Source: Hormiphora californensis (Eukaryota > Animalia > Ctenophora). Taken from it: a stretch of 64,000 nucleotides of DNA. Position numbers and translations under genes: made by a program. Below, piece after piece: positions 1 through 10,494 of the stretch. The notes below the pieces were generated by a model that searched no databases, had not been told where the DNA came from, and worked only from the letters and a program-made list of their open reading frames with translations. The first letter of the stretch is position 1. Each line of letters begins with the position of its first letter. The stretch is from contig CM035356.1 in the NCBI GenBank assembly GCA_020137815.1, forward strand, positions 2,976,001 to 3,040,000, in the 5' to 3' direction.

Positions 1-3000
1 GGTTGGTCAAAGTGAGAAGGTTTCTTAGAGATAAGGTGGGTCAGAGTGAGAAGGTTTCTTAGAGATAAGGTGGGTCAAAGTGAGAAGGTTTCTTAGAGAT
101 AAGGTGGGTCAAAGTGAGAAGGTTTCTTAGAGATAAGTTGGGTCAAAGTGAGAAGCTTTCTTAGAGATAAGGTGGGTCAAAGTGAGAAGGTTTCTTAGAG
201 ATAAGGTGGGTCAGAGTGAGAAGGTTTCTTAGAGATAAGGTGGGTCAAAGTGAGAAGGTTTCTTAGAGATTAGTTGGGTGAAAGTGAGAAGGTTTCTTAG
301 AGATAAGGTGTGTCAAAGTGAGAAGGTTTCTTAGAGATAAGGTGGGTCAAAGTGAGAAGGTTTCTTAGAGATAAGGTGGGTCAAAGTGAGAAGGTTTCTT
401 AGAGATAAGGTGGGTCAGAGTGGGAACGTTTCTTAGAGATAAGATGGGTCAGAGTGGGAAGGTTTCTTAGAGATAAGGTGGGTCAAAGTGAGAAGGTTTC
501 TTAGAGATTAGGTTGGTCAAAGTGAGAAGGTTTCTTAGAGATAAGGTGGGTAAAAGTGAGAAGGTTTCTTAGAGATAAGGTGGGTCAGAGTGAGAAGGTT
601 TCTTAGAGATAAGGTGGGTCAGAGTGAGAAGGTTTCTTAGAGATAAGGTGGGTCAGAGTGAGAAGGTTTCTTAGAGATAAGGTGGGTCAGAGTGAGAATG
701 TTTCTGAGAGATTATGTGGGTCAAAGTGAGAAGGTTTCTTAGAGATAAGGTGGGTCAAAGTGAGAAGGTTTCTTAGAGATAAGGTGGATCGAAGTGAGAA
801 GGTTTCTTAGAGATAAGGTGGGTCAGAGTGAGAATGTTTCTTAGAGATTATGTGGGTCAAAGTGAGAAGGTTTCTTAGAGATAAGGTGGGTCAAAGTGAG
901 AAGGTTACTTAAAAATAAGGTGGATCGAAGTGAGAAGGTTTCTTAGAGATAAGGTGGGTCAGAGTGAGAAGGTTTCTTAGAGATAAGGCGGGTCAGAGTG
1001 AGAAGGTTTCTTAGAGATAAGGTAGGTCAAAGTGAAAAGGTTTCTTAGAGATAAGGTCGGTCAGAGTGAGAAGGTTTCTTAGAGATTAGGTGGGTCAAAT
1101 TGAGAAGGTTTCTTAGAGATAAGGTGGGTCAAAGTGAGAAGGTTTCTTAGAGATAAGGTGGATCAAAGTGAGAAGGTTTCTTAGAGATAAGGTGGGTCAA
1201 AGTGACAAGGTTTCTTAGAGATAAGTTGGGTCAGAGTGAGAAGGTTTCTTAGAAATAAGGTGGGTCAGAGTGAGAAGGTTTCTTAGAGATAAGGTGGGTC
1301 AGAGTGAGAAGGTTTCTTAGAGATAAGGTTGGTCAAAGTGAGAAGGTTTCTTAGAGATTAGGAAGGGTCAAAGTGAGAAGGTTTCTTAGAGATAAGGTGG
1401 GTTAAAGTGAGAAGGTTTCTTAGAAATAAGGTGGGTCAAGGTGAGAAGGTTTCTTAGAGATAAGGTTGGTCAAAGTGAGAAGGTTTCTTAGAGATAAGGT
1501 GGGTCAAAGTGAGAAGGTTTCTTAGAGATAAGGTGGGTCAAAGTGAGAAGGTTTCTTAGAGATAAGGTGGGTCAAAGTGAGAAGGTTTCTTAGAGATAAG
1601 GTGGGTCAGAGTGAGAAGGTTTCTTAGAGATAAGGTGGGTCAAAGTGAGAAGGTTTCTTAGAGATTAGTTGGGTGAAAGTGAGAAGGTTTCTTAGAGATA
1701 AGGTGGGTCAAAGTGAGAATGTTTCTTAGAGATAAGGTGGGTCAAAGTGAGAAGGTTTCTTAGAGATAAGGTGGGTCAAAGTGAGAAGGTTTCTTAGAGA
1801 TAAGGTGGGTCAGAGTGAGAACGTTTCTTAGAGATAAGATGGGTCAGAGTGGGAAGGTTTCTTAGAGATAAGGTGGGTCAAAGTGAGAAGGTTTCTTAGA
1901 GATTAGGTTGGTCAAAGTGAGAAGGTTTCTTAGAGATAAGGTGGATCGAAGTGAGAAGGTTTCTTAGAGATAAGGTGGGTCAGAGTGAGAAGGTTTCTTA
2001 GAGATAAGGTGGGTCAAAGTGAGAAGGTTTCTTAGAGATAAGGTGGGTCAGAGTGAGAAGGTTTCTTAGAGATAAGGTGGGTCAGAGTGAGAATGTTTCT
2101 TAGAGATTAGGTGGGTCAGAGTGAGAAGGTTTCTTAGAGATAAGTTGGGTCAAAGTGAGAAGGTTTCTTAGAGATAAGGTGGGTCAAAGTGAGAAGGTTT
2201 CTTAGAGATAAGGTGGGTCAGAGTGAGAAGGTTTCTTAGAGATAAGGTGGGTCAAAGTGACAAGGTTTCTTAGAGATAAGTTGGGTCAGAGTGAGAAGGT
2301 TTCTTAGAAATAAGGTGGGTCAGAGTGAGAAGGTTTCTTAGAGATAAGGTGGGTCAGAGTGAGAAGGTTTCTTAGAGATAAGGTTGGTCAAAGTGAGAAG
2401 GTTTCTTAGAGATTAGGAGGGTCAAAGTGAGAAGGTTTCTTAGAGATAAGGTGGGTTAAAGTGAGAAGGTTTCTTAGAAATAACGTGGGTCAAAGTGAGA
2501 AGGTTTCTTAGAGATAAGGTTGGTCAAAGTGAGAAGGTTTCTTAGAGATATGGTGGGTCAGAGTGAGAAGGTTTCTTAGAGATAAGGTGGGTCAAAGTGA
2601 GAAGGTTTCTTAGAGATAAGATGGGTCAGAGTGGGAAGGTTTCTTAGAGATTAGGTTGGTCAAAGTGAGAAGGTTTCTTAGAGATAAGGTGGATCGAAGT
2701 GAGAAGGTTTCTTAGAGATAAGGTGGGTCAGAGTGAGAAGGTTTCTTAGAGATTAGGTGGGTCAGAGTGAGAAGGTTTCTTAGAGATAAGGTGGGTCAGA
2801 GTGAGAAGGTTTCTTAGAGATAAGGTGGGTCAGAGTGAGAATGTTTCTTAGAGATTAGGTGGGTCAGAGTGAGAAGGTTTCTTAGAGATAAGTTGGGTCA
2901 AAGTGAGAAGGTTTCTTAGAGATAAGGTGGGTCAAAGTGAGAAGGTTTCTTAGAAATAAGGTGGGTCAGAGTGAGAAGGTTTCTTAGAGATAAGGTGGGT

Positions 3001-5143
3001 CAAAGTGACAAGGTTTCTTAGAGATAAGTTGGGTCAGAGTGAGAAGGTTTCTTAGAAATAAGGTGGGTCAGAGTGAGAAGGTTTCTTAGAGATAAGGTGG
3101 GTCAGAGTGAGAAGGTTTCTTAGAGATAAGGTTGGTCAAAGTGAGAAGGTTTCTTAGAGATTAGGAGGGTCAAAGTGAGAAGGTTTCTTAGAGATAAGGT
3201 GGGTTAAAGTGAGAAGGTTTCTTAGAAATAACGTGGGTCAAAGTGAGAAGGTTTCTTAGAGATAAGGTTGGTCAAAGTGAGAAGGTTTCTTAGAGATAAG
3301 GTGGGTCAGAGTGAGAAGGTTTCTTAGAGATAAGGTGGGTCAAAGTGAGAAGGTTTCTTAGAGATAAGGTGGGTTAAAGTGAGAAGGTTTCTTAGAAATA
3401 ACGTGGGTCAAAGTGAGAAGGTTTCTTAGAGATAAGGTGGGTCAAAGTGAGAAGGTTTCTTAGAGATAAGGTGGGTCAGAGTGAGAAGGTTTCTTAGAGA
3501 TAAGGTGGGTCAAAGTGAGAAGGTTTCTTAGAGATAAGGTGGGTCAAAGTGAGAAGGTTTCTTAGAGATAAGGTGGGTCAGAGTGAGAACGTTTCTTAGA
3601 GATAAGATGGGTCAGAGTGGGATGGTTTCTTAGAGATAAGGTGGGTCAAAGTGAGAAGGTTTCTTAGAGATTAGGTTGGTCAAAGTGAGAAGGTTTCTTA
3701 GAGATAAGGTGGGTCAAAGTGAGAAGGTTTCTTAGAGATAAGGTGGGTCAGAGTGAGAAGGTTTCTTAGAGATAAGGTGGGTCAGAGTGAGAAGGTTTCT
3801 TAGAGATAAGGTGGGTCAGAGTGAGAAGGTTTCTTAGAGATAAGGTGGGTCAGAGTGAGAATGTTTCTGAGAGATTATGTGGGTCAAAGTGAGAAGGTTT
3901 CTTAGAGATAAGGTGGGTCAAAGTGAGAAGGTTTCTTAGAGATAAGGTGGATCGAAGTGAGAAGGTTTCTTAGAGATAAGGTGGGTCAGAGTGAGAATGT
4001 TTCTTAGAGATTATGTGGGTCAAAGTGAGAAGGTTTCTTAGAGATAAGGTGGGTCAAAGTGAGAAGGTTACTTAAAAATAAGGTGGATCGAAGTGAGAAG
4101 GTTTCTTAGAGATAAGGTGGGTCAGAGTGAGAAGGTTTCTTAGAGATAAGGCGGGTCAGAGTGAGAAGGTTTCTTAGAGATAAGGTAGGTCAAAGTGAAA
4201 AGGTTTCTTAGAGATAAGGTCGGTCAGAGTGAGAAGGTTTCTTAGAGATTAGGTGGGTCAAATTGAGAAGGTTTCTTAGAGATAAGGTGGGTCAAAGTGA
4301 GAAGGTTTCTTAGAGATAAGGTGGATCAAAGTGAGAAGGTTTCTTAGAGATAAAGTGGGTCAAAGTGACAAGGTTTCTTAGAGATAAGTTGGGTCAGAGT
4401 GAGAAGGTTTCTTAGAAATAAGGTGGGTCAGAGTGAGAAGGTTTCTTAGAGATAAGGTGGGTCAGAGTGAGAAGGTTTCTTAGAGATAAGGTTGGTCAAA
4501 GTGAGAAGGTTTCTTAGAGATTAGGAGGGTCAAAGTGAGAAGGTTTCTTAGAGATAAGGTGGGTTAAAGTGAGAAGGTTTCTTAGAAATAAGGTGGGTCA
4601 AGGTGAGAAGGTTTCTTAGAGATAAGGTTGGTCAAAGTGAGAAGGTTTCTTAGAGATAAGGTGGGTCAAAGTGAGAAGGTTTCTTAGAGATAAGGTGGGT
4701 CAAAGTGAGAAGGTTTCTTAGAGATAAGGTGGGTCAAAGTGAGAAGGTTTCTTAGAGATAAGGTGGGTCAGAGTGAGAAGGTTTCTTAGAGATAAGGTGG
4801 GTCAAAGTGAGAAGGTTTCTTAGAGATTAGTTGGGTGAAAGTGAGAAGGTTTCTTAGAGATAAGGTGGGTCAAAGTGAGAAGGTTTCTTAGAGATAAGGT
4901 GGGTCAAAGTGAGAAGGTTTCTTAGAGATAAGGTGGGTCAAAGTGAGAAGGTTTCTTAGAGATAAGGTGGGTCAGAGTGAGAACGTTTCTTAGAGATAAG
5001 ATGGGTCAGAGTGGGAAGGTTTCTTAGAGATAAGGTGGGTCAAAGTGAGAAGGTTTCTTAGAGATTAGGTTGGTCAAAGTGAGAAGGTTTCTTAGAGATA
5101 AGGTGGATCGAATTGAGAAGGTTTCTTAGAGATAAGGTGGGTC
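1..5143. repeat. 34-bp tandem satellite, left array (~151 units; runs off window start)
   Basis: Unit GGTGGGTCA(A/G)AGTGAGAAGGTTTCTTAGAGATAA repeated head-to-tail with only point variants. Confidence 0.98.
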
Positions 5144-5418
5144 TGTATACGCGGTTACTTCAATTGGAGCCTGATCGAATAATCCGTGTTTGAGGACCAG
5201 TGCTTTTGAGGACAGAGGAGCTTTTCTCGGGGAGTTCCAGTACACGTTCCAGTTTCCTGCAACCCTACTACCTTCGTACCCGGTCAGTTCCAGTCAACTT
5301 TTGTTCCTTATCGTTCCAGAGCTACTCTACAGACCCCTCCGGAAACCGAGGAGGGGTGGTAACAGGTCCCTGCGGGGTTCCCTGTTACGTTCTGTTCGCG
5401 TCTGCGGCGACCAGTTAC

Positions 5419-5433
5419 TGGTAGCGCAGGACG
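5419..5433 (+). promoter_or_regulatory. Primer-binding site, initiator tRNA-Met type
   Basis: TGGTAGCGCAGG directly after ...CCAGTTAC and 15 nt before the gag ATG. TGGTAGC is complementary to the 3' end of tRNAi-Met. Confidence 0.65.
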
Positions 5434-6657
5434 ATGGGTGATTCATCATCCGAAGATTACATAAAAACGTTGAAAACAAAATTGTCGAAAACAGAAGTTG
5501 AAAACTCCGAGTTGAAAACAAAATTGGCGAAAACAAAAGTTGAAACTACCGATGAAAACACGTTAACTGAAACTATGAAAGCACTTCATTTATCATCCAT
5601 CAAGTTTCCTACTTATAAAAAAGGTGAAAACTTTAGCAGATTTTGTGAGAGGTTTAAAGATACTTTTAGAATGGCAAACATAACGAATTCATGTGTTAAA
5701 ACTCGAATCATGCAGAATGTTGACGATGAGACATACGAAGCTCTAAAAGCAATTGCCATTCCTGATTACATGAAGGATAGTCTTGACGATGTTTGTGAAA
5801 TTTTTGAGACGGCCTTGTGTAATCCAGTGTCTTCAATCCCATTAACAAAGAGCCAGTTATATGACACCAAACAAACAGCAGGAGAGACAATATTGGAGTT
5901 CATTAGTAGAATTAGAGAGGCAGTATCGGTTGCAGGAATACCCGAGAGTGATCAAAATGAAGTCAAAAACATGATGCTTGTTAAAGGAATTTCAAACTTG
6001 AGAGTTAAGAAGAAAGTCGCTATTAACATGGACAAACCATTTGAAGAAATCGTCCTTTTAGTGAAAGAAGTTCTAGCTGTAGACAAGATCGTTTTTGGTG
6101 AGAATAATCCGGTTACAAGTTCGGTTCCAGTGATGCAGGTAGAACCAAGCGACAATACAGTTAGTGAGGAAATTGACCAGAGAAGAGGCAGATCTCAAAG
6201 CAGGAACTACTCGAGAGAAAGGTCACATTCCAGGTCGCGAGATTACCATAGTAGAGGAAGAGAGAGATACAATGACAGCAGGTTTAAAAGCAGAGATCGA
6301 TACGGTAACAACAGATCCAGTAGCAGAGACAGATATAACAGTAACCGTTCTAATTCTAGAGGTCGAAGAGATAGGTATGACAATCACCGTTCAAATTCTA
6401 GAGGTCGAAGAGATAGGTATGACAGTCACCGTTCTAATAGTAATTATAGAGGTCGAAACGATAGGTATAACAGTCACCGTTCTACGTCTAGAGGTCGAAG
6501 CGATAGATATAATAGGAACCGTTCAAATTCCAGAGGTCGATACGACGGGTACAGATCAAACAGTAGAAGTCGGTCTCAGGATGGAAAATGTTATACGTGC
6601 GGTGAAAAGGGTCATTTTCGTAGAAACTGTCCACAGAGACGGAGACATTTAAACTAA
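5434..6657 (+). CDS. gag: Gypsy Gag (407 aa) with Arg/Ser/Asp-rich repeats and a C-terminal CCHC zinc knuckle
   Basis: KQTAGETILEFISRIRE (major-homology-like motif); CYTCGEKGHFRRNC knuckle; ~14-aa RDRYDNHRSNSRGR repeats. Confidence 0.92.
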   Translation: MGDSSSEDYIKTLKTKLSKTEVENSELKTKLAKTKVETTDENTLTETMKALHLSSIKFPTYKKGENFSRFCERFKDTFRMANITNSCVKTRIMQNVDDETYEALKAIAIPDYMKDSLDDVCEIFETALCNPVSSIPLTKSQLYDTKQTAGETILEFISRIREAVSVAGIPESDQNEVKNMMLVKGISNLRVKKKVAINMDKPFEEIVLLVKEVLAVDKIVFGENNPVTSSVPVMQVEPSDNTVSEEIDQRRGRSQSRNYSRERSHSRSRDYHSRGRERYNDSRFKSRDRYGNNRSSSRDRYNSNRSNSRGRRDRYDNHRSNSRGRRDRYDSHRSNSNYRGRNDRYNSHRSTSRGRSDRYNRNRSNSRGRYDGYRSNSRSRSQDGKCYTCGEKGHFRRNCPQRRRHLN

Positions 6658-6699
6658 CTGCGGGCCGCGATAAAAGGCGTGTTTTTGATGTGCGGCCCG
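6648..6699 (+). promoter_or_regulatory. -1 programmed ribosomal frameshift signal (gag-pol)
   Basis: Slippery heptamer T TTA AAC at 6648-6654 just before the gag stop, a 6-nt spacer, then stem CGGGCCGC (6661-68) pairing with GCGGCCCG (6692-99). The pol frame is -1 relative to gag and open from 6648. Confidence 0.85.
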
Positions 6700-7473
6700 G
6701 CCGAACTAATTATTCAAAGGTGATTGTTAATGGTTACTGTCTCAAAAATAGTGCAAATTTTTTAATTGATACTGGTGCTGGCATAAGCTTAGTTTCTACT
6801 TCTTTTGTTCAAAAACTGGGGTATGAACACCGGATTGAACCTTGTTCAACAATTATTGCAGGTCTAGACAATAAACCAGTTCCGTGCAGAGGTCAAATTA
6901 TGTTGGAAATTTCTATAGCAAGATCAAAAATTGAGAGTAAATTTATAGTTTGTGATTATGTAGAGAACGAATTCTTGATTGGGACAGATGTTATGAAATT
7001 GCTAGAAATGTCAATTGATTTTCCTCGAAAAATAATTCGTACCACGTATGGAAAAATTCATTTTACTAATCAGCCTAATTATTTAACTAGAAGCACAAGA
7101 GCTCGGTGTTATAAAACACAAGTCATACCTGCTAACACAGCAATGTTTTTAAAATGTAGATTTCAATCCCCTTCCCAAGCAAGAAATTTTGAAGTAATAG
7201 TTGAACCATTCTATAAATTTATGATAACAAAAAATGTTTTGGTATCCCCAAGTTTGTCATATACATCGGGAAATAAAGTCCAGGTACACTGTACAAATGT
7301 TATGCCATATGATATCCCTGTTTACCAAAATCAGACAGTAGCAAAATTAGAACCGTTTGCACGTCCTGGCAGCAGTCTCAGTAAAGTCCATGTTATAACA
7401 AACAAACAAATAGCAGAGCAAGAATTGAATATTGAAGCTAATATGGATTTAGAAAGACTTAGTAATGCTGTGA
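6648..7473 (+). CDS. pol: Pol N-terminal part: aspartic protease plus a degenerate dUTPase-like spacer; interrupted by a MITE
   Basis: FLIDTGAGISLV active site and a FLIGTD motif. The ORF stop at 7481 lies inside the inserted MITE. Confidence 0.88.
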
Positions 7474-8077
7474 GGCTATAAGCATACTGATCGTGATGAT
7501 CATAATCAGTTAAAAAGATGAAGTGTGCTCATGGTTTTGATCATCATCATCTGCAAAAAACTGCAGTGTGCGGAACATTATGATCATCACGTAAGAGCTG
7601 GCCCTGGAGCCGTCTCTTAAGTTGGATGATGATCATCAACACCTAGTGTGCGCACGTTCTGATCTTATTCTTATGGAGGGCTGCACTGTAGTCATGTGAT
7701 ATGTACCACGTGGTACGACTTCGCGCGCGCGAGAGGCTGTTGTACAGGTCACGTGATATGCGACAACCTCTCAGAGCGCGCGACTAGGCAAGAGGAGGCA
7801 AGGGGGAGATAGCATCATCATGCTGAGCACACTGGTCATGATGATCATGATCAAAAGGCAAGTTCCAACAAGTTGAGCATGGTTTATGATGATCAAACCT
7901 GCGCACACTATGGTTTATGATGATCAAACGTGAACACACTATGGTTTGAGAGCATCATGATGCATCAAGCCTCCATCATGATGATAACCATCAGTGTGTG
8001 CGCTTCTTTGATGGTGACCATCAAAATCTCCGCACACTGACCTGATTATGATCATCACGATCAGTATGCTTATAGCC
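7474..8077. mobile_element. MITE (604 bp), PIF/Harbinger-like, inserted in Gypsy pol
   Basis: 36-bp TIR GGCTATAAGCATACTGATCGTGATGATCATAATCAG at both ends, flanked by TGA and TTA. Removing the element plus 3 bp restores the pol frame (...SNAVTVEE...). Confidence 0.85.
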
Positions 8078-10428
8078 TTACAGTCGAAGAAACGATTCAC
8101 AATGGAAAATGGTCAAACATTGAGAAATTATACGATGAATTAAAAGTTGGTGAAATGAACTTATCTGCTGAAGAGAAAGAACAATTAAAGAGACTAATTA
8201 AGCTTTACTCTCACTGTTTTAGTCGAGATAGACATGACTTAGGAGAATGTTCTTTTTATGAGGCCAAAATTGATTTAAAACGTGATTATGTCGAAAAATG
8301 GGTGCCTAGTAGACCAGTCAGTTACAATTTGGAAAAACACATGGATGAAGAAATTTCGGATATGTTAGAAGGTGATCAAATTACCCCTTGTCAATATAGT
8401 AAATGGAATTCAGCTGTATTTCTTGTTGAAAAAAGCAATAAAACTAGTTCCCAATACCGGTTTGTGCAAGATTGTAGAGCGCTAAATTCACAGGCTATTC
8501 AGGACCAGTACGAGTTACCAAAAATTAACCATGTCCTTGACAGAATGAGAGAAACTAAGTATTTAAGTAGCTTTGATTTTACATCTAGTTTTTGGCAGTT
8601 ACCTCTCGAGAAAAATAGTCAACCACTCACAGCTTTTACCTACAAACATTCGCGTTATATGTGGAAACGAATGGTACAAGGTCAAACAAGTTCTAGTGCC
8701 CAATTTAGTAGAATGATAGCTCAATTATTTGCGAAAATCCCATTTAGTTCTCTAGTTTTCTATATTGACGATCTATTACTAGGAAGCAATACAGTCCAAG
8801 AACATCTTAACAGGTTAAAATTTGTTTTTGACAGGCTTACATTTGCTAATATGAAACTAAACCCAAAAAAGACTACTTTGTTTGCAAGTTCTGCTAAATT
8901 TTTAGGGCATACACTAACAGAAAATGGAATTTCAGTAGATGAGAATAAAACTAAAGCTATTATGACCATTCAACCACCAAAAACCATCAGGCAGTTACAA
9001 AAATTTCTCGGAACTATGAACTGGAATAGATCATTTATCCCGAATTATGCAAAAATTACTCGCCCATTATACGATATGTTAGAGAAAAACAAACCATTTG
9101 AGTGGACAGTAGAATGTCAAAAATCTTTTGAAAATTTGAAAGCTGCTCTTTGTTCATCATCAACTCTTGCCATTCCTGATTTAAATTCTCAATTTATTGT
9201 GAGTATTGATTCATCAAAACGAGGTCAAGGTGCTTGTTTGCAACAAATTCAAAATGGTAAACGACGTGTGATTAGTTATTGGAGCAGATCTGTGTCGAAA
9301 GCTCATCAAAAGTATGGTGCTACAAAATTAGAATTTCTCGGACTTCATGGCGCCCTCATGCATTGGAAAATGTACCTATTAGCTGCCCCAAAAGTGCTAA
9401 TTGAAACTGATTGTAAAGCATTACTTTCCTTTGATCGAATATTTAGTAAAGAAAATAGCTTTATGCAAAAACGTCTGGCAGATCTTGCATCATTCAACCT
9501 AGAAATTAAACATTGCAGTGGCACATCATCAGAAATCAACATGCCTGATTTTCTTAGTCGTTGGTCATATGGTCTTGTGAAAACAACAGAAACAGGTACG
9601 CAGACAGAAGATACACCTAAAGTACTTAGTATTGCAACAAATTATGCTACAAATAATGACAGTATAGAAAGTGAAATTGTGACGACAAACGAAATTCGGA
9701 TAGAGACTGAAAAAGATTCTAACTTAAAAAGAGTGGTAGAATGGCTACAAGCTGGTAGTAAACCTAACAATTTTCAGCATCGTAGTGAGCCAAATGAACT
9801 ATGTCACTATTATAAAAATTTTGAATTTCTTACATTGAAAGAGGGTATAATTTATAGAAAATGGGTCAACCCTAGGAATAGCAAAGAGCATTCTAATTTA
9901 ATTGTGATCCCTGATTCATTAGTAGAGCGAGTTATGTTTGTTTCTCACAGTACCTTGGAAGGATGTCACAGTGGTGTAGAGAACACAATTGCTCTAATTT
10001 TGAAAAAATATTATTTTTACAACTACAAGCAAGAAATTAAACTATATGTAGAAAGTTGCTTGACTTGTGCTAGAACTAAGCAGCCCAAAGCTTATTTAAG
10101 AGCACCACTTAAACCTATAGTATACACGGAGTTTAATCAAAATATATCAATCGATCACCTTATTCCTAGTACTACACCAACACCTAGGGGAAATATAGCC
10201 TTGTTTGTCATAGTAGACTCGTTTACGAACTACACTGTAGCAGTTCCTGTCAAATCTACGGGTACACAGGCTACAAGTTCTACGTCCACAGTCAGCACTC
10301 TTTCCAGCAGCTCCTCGAACGCGTCCCTGATTGAGTTTTGGATCGACTCAACGATGACCCTGGGGATTGTGGTGCAATCCGCAACTTGCATCACCGAACT
10401 GTACGATGTCTCCTTGCCCATGAATTGA
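8078..10428 (+). CDS. pol: Pol C-terminal part: reverse transcriptase, RNase H and truncated integrase
   Basis: RT FYIDD motif; RNase H residues in IDSS, TKLE, ETDC and PDFLSR; integrase HHCC (HSTLEGCH...CLTC) and first catalytic D (ISIDH). Similarity ends at ~10275 and the ORF runs into unrelated GC-richer sequence. Confidence 0.92.
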
Positions 10429-10494
10429 GGTCGTGGGAATGTCCCTTCAAGCCTTTGCCTAGAATCTGCCCGCCACGATTTCCGAAGGCTTCTC

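Larger units (their letters stand above)
5144..10494 (+). mobile_element. Ty3/Gypsy LTR retrotransposon, 3'-truncated or rearranged, inserted in the satellite
   Basis: LTR-like leader 5144-5418, PBS at 5419, gag with CCHC, then PR-RT-RH-IN order. Integrase stops at ~10275. No second copy of the leader at the 3' end. Confidence 0.93.

Noticed and set aside
6164-6652. 162-aa overlapping ORF in gag
   Set aside because: Alternative-frame shadow of the tandem repeats; no motif.
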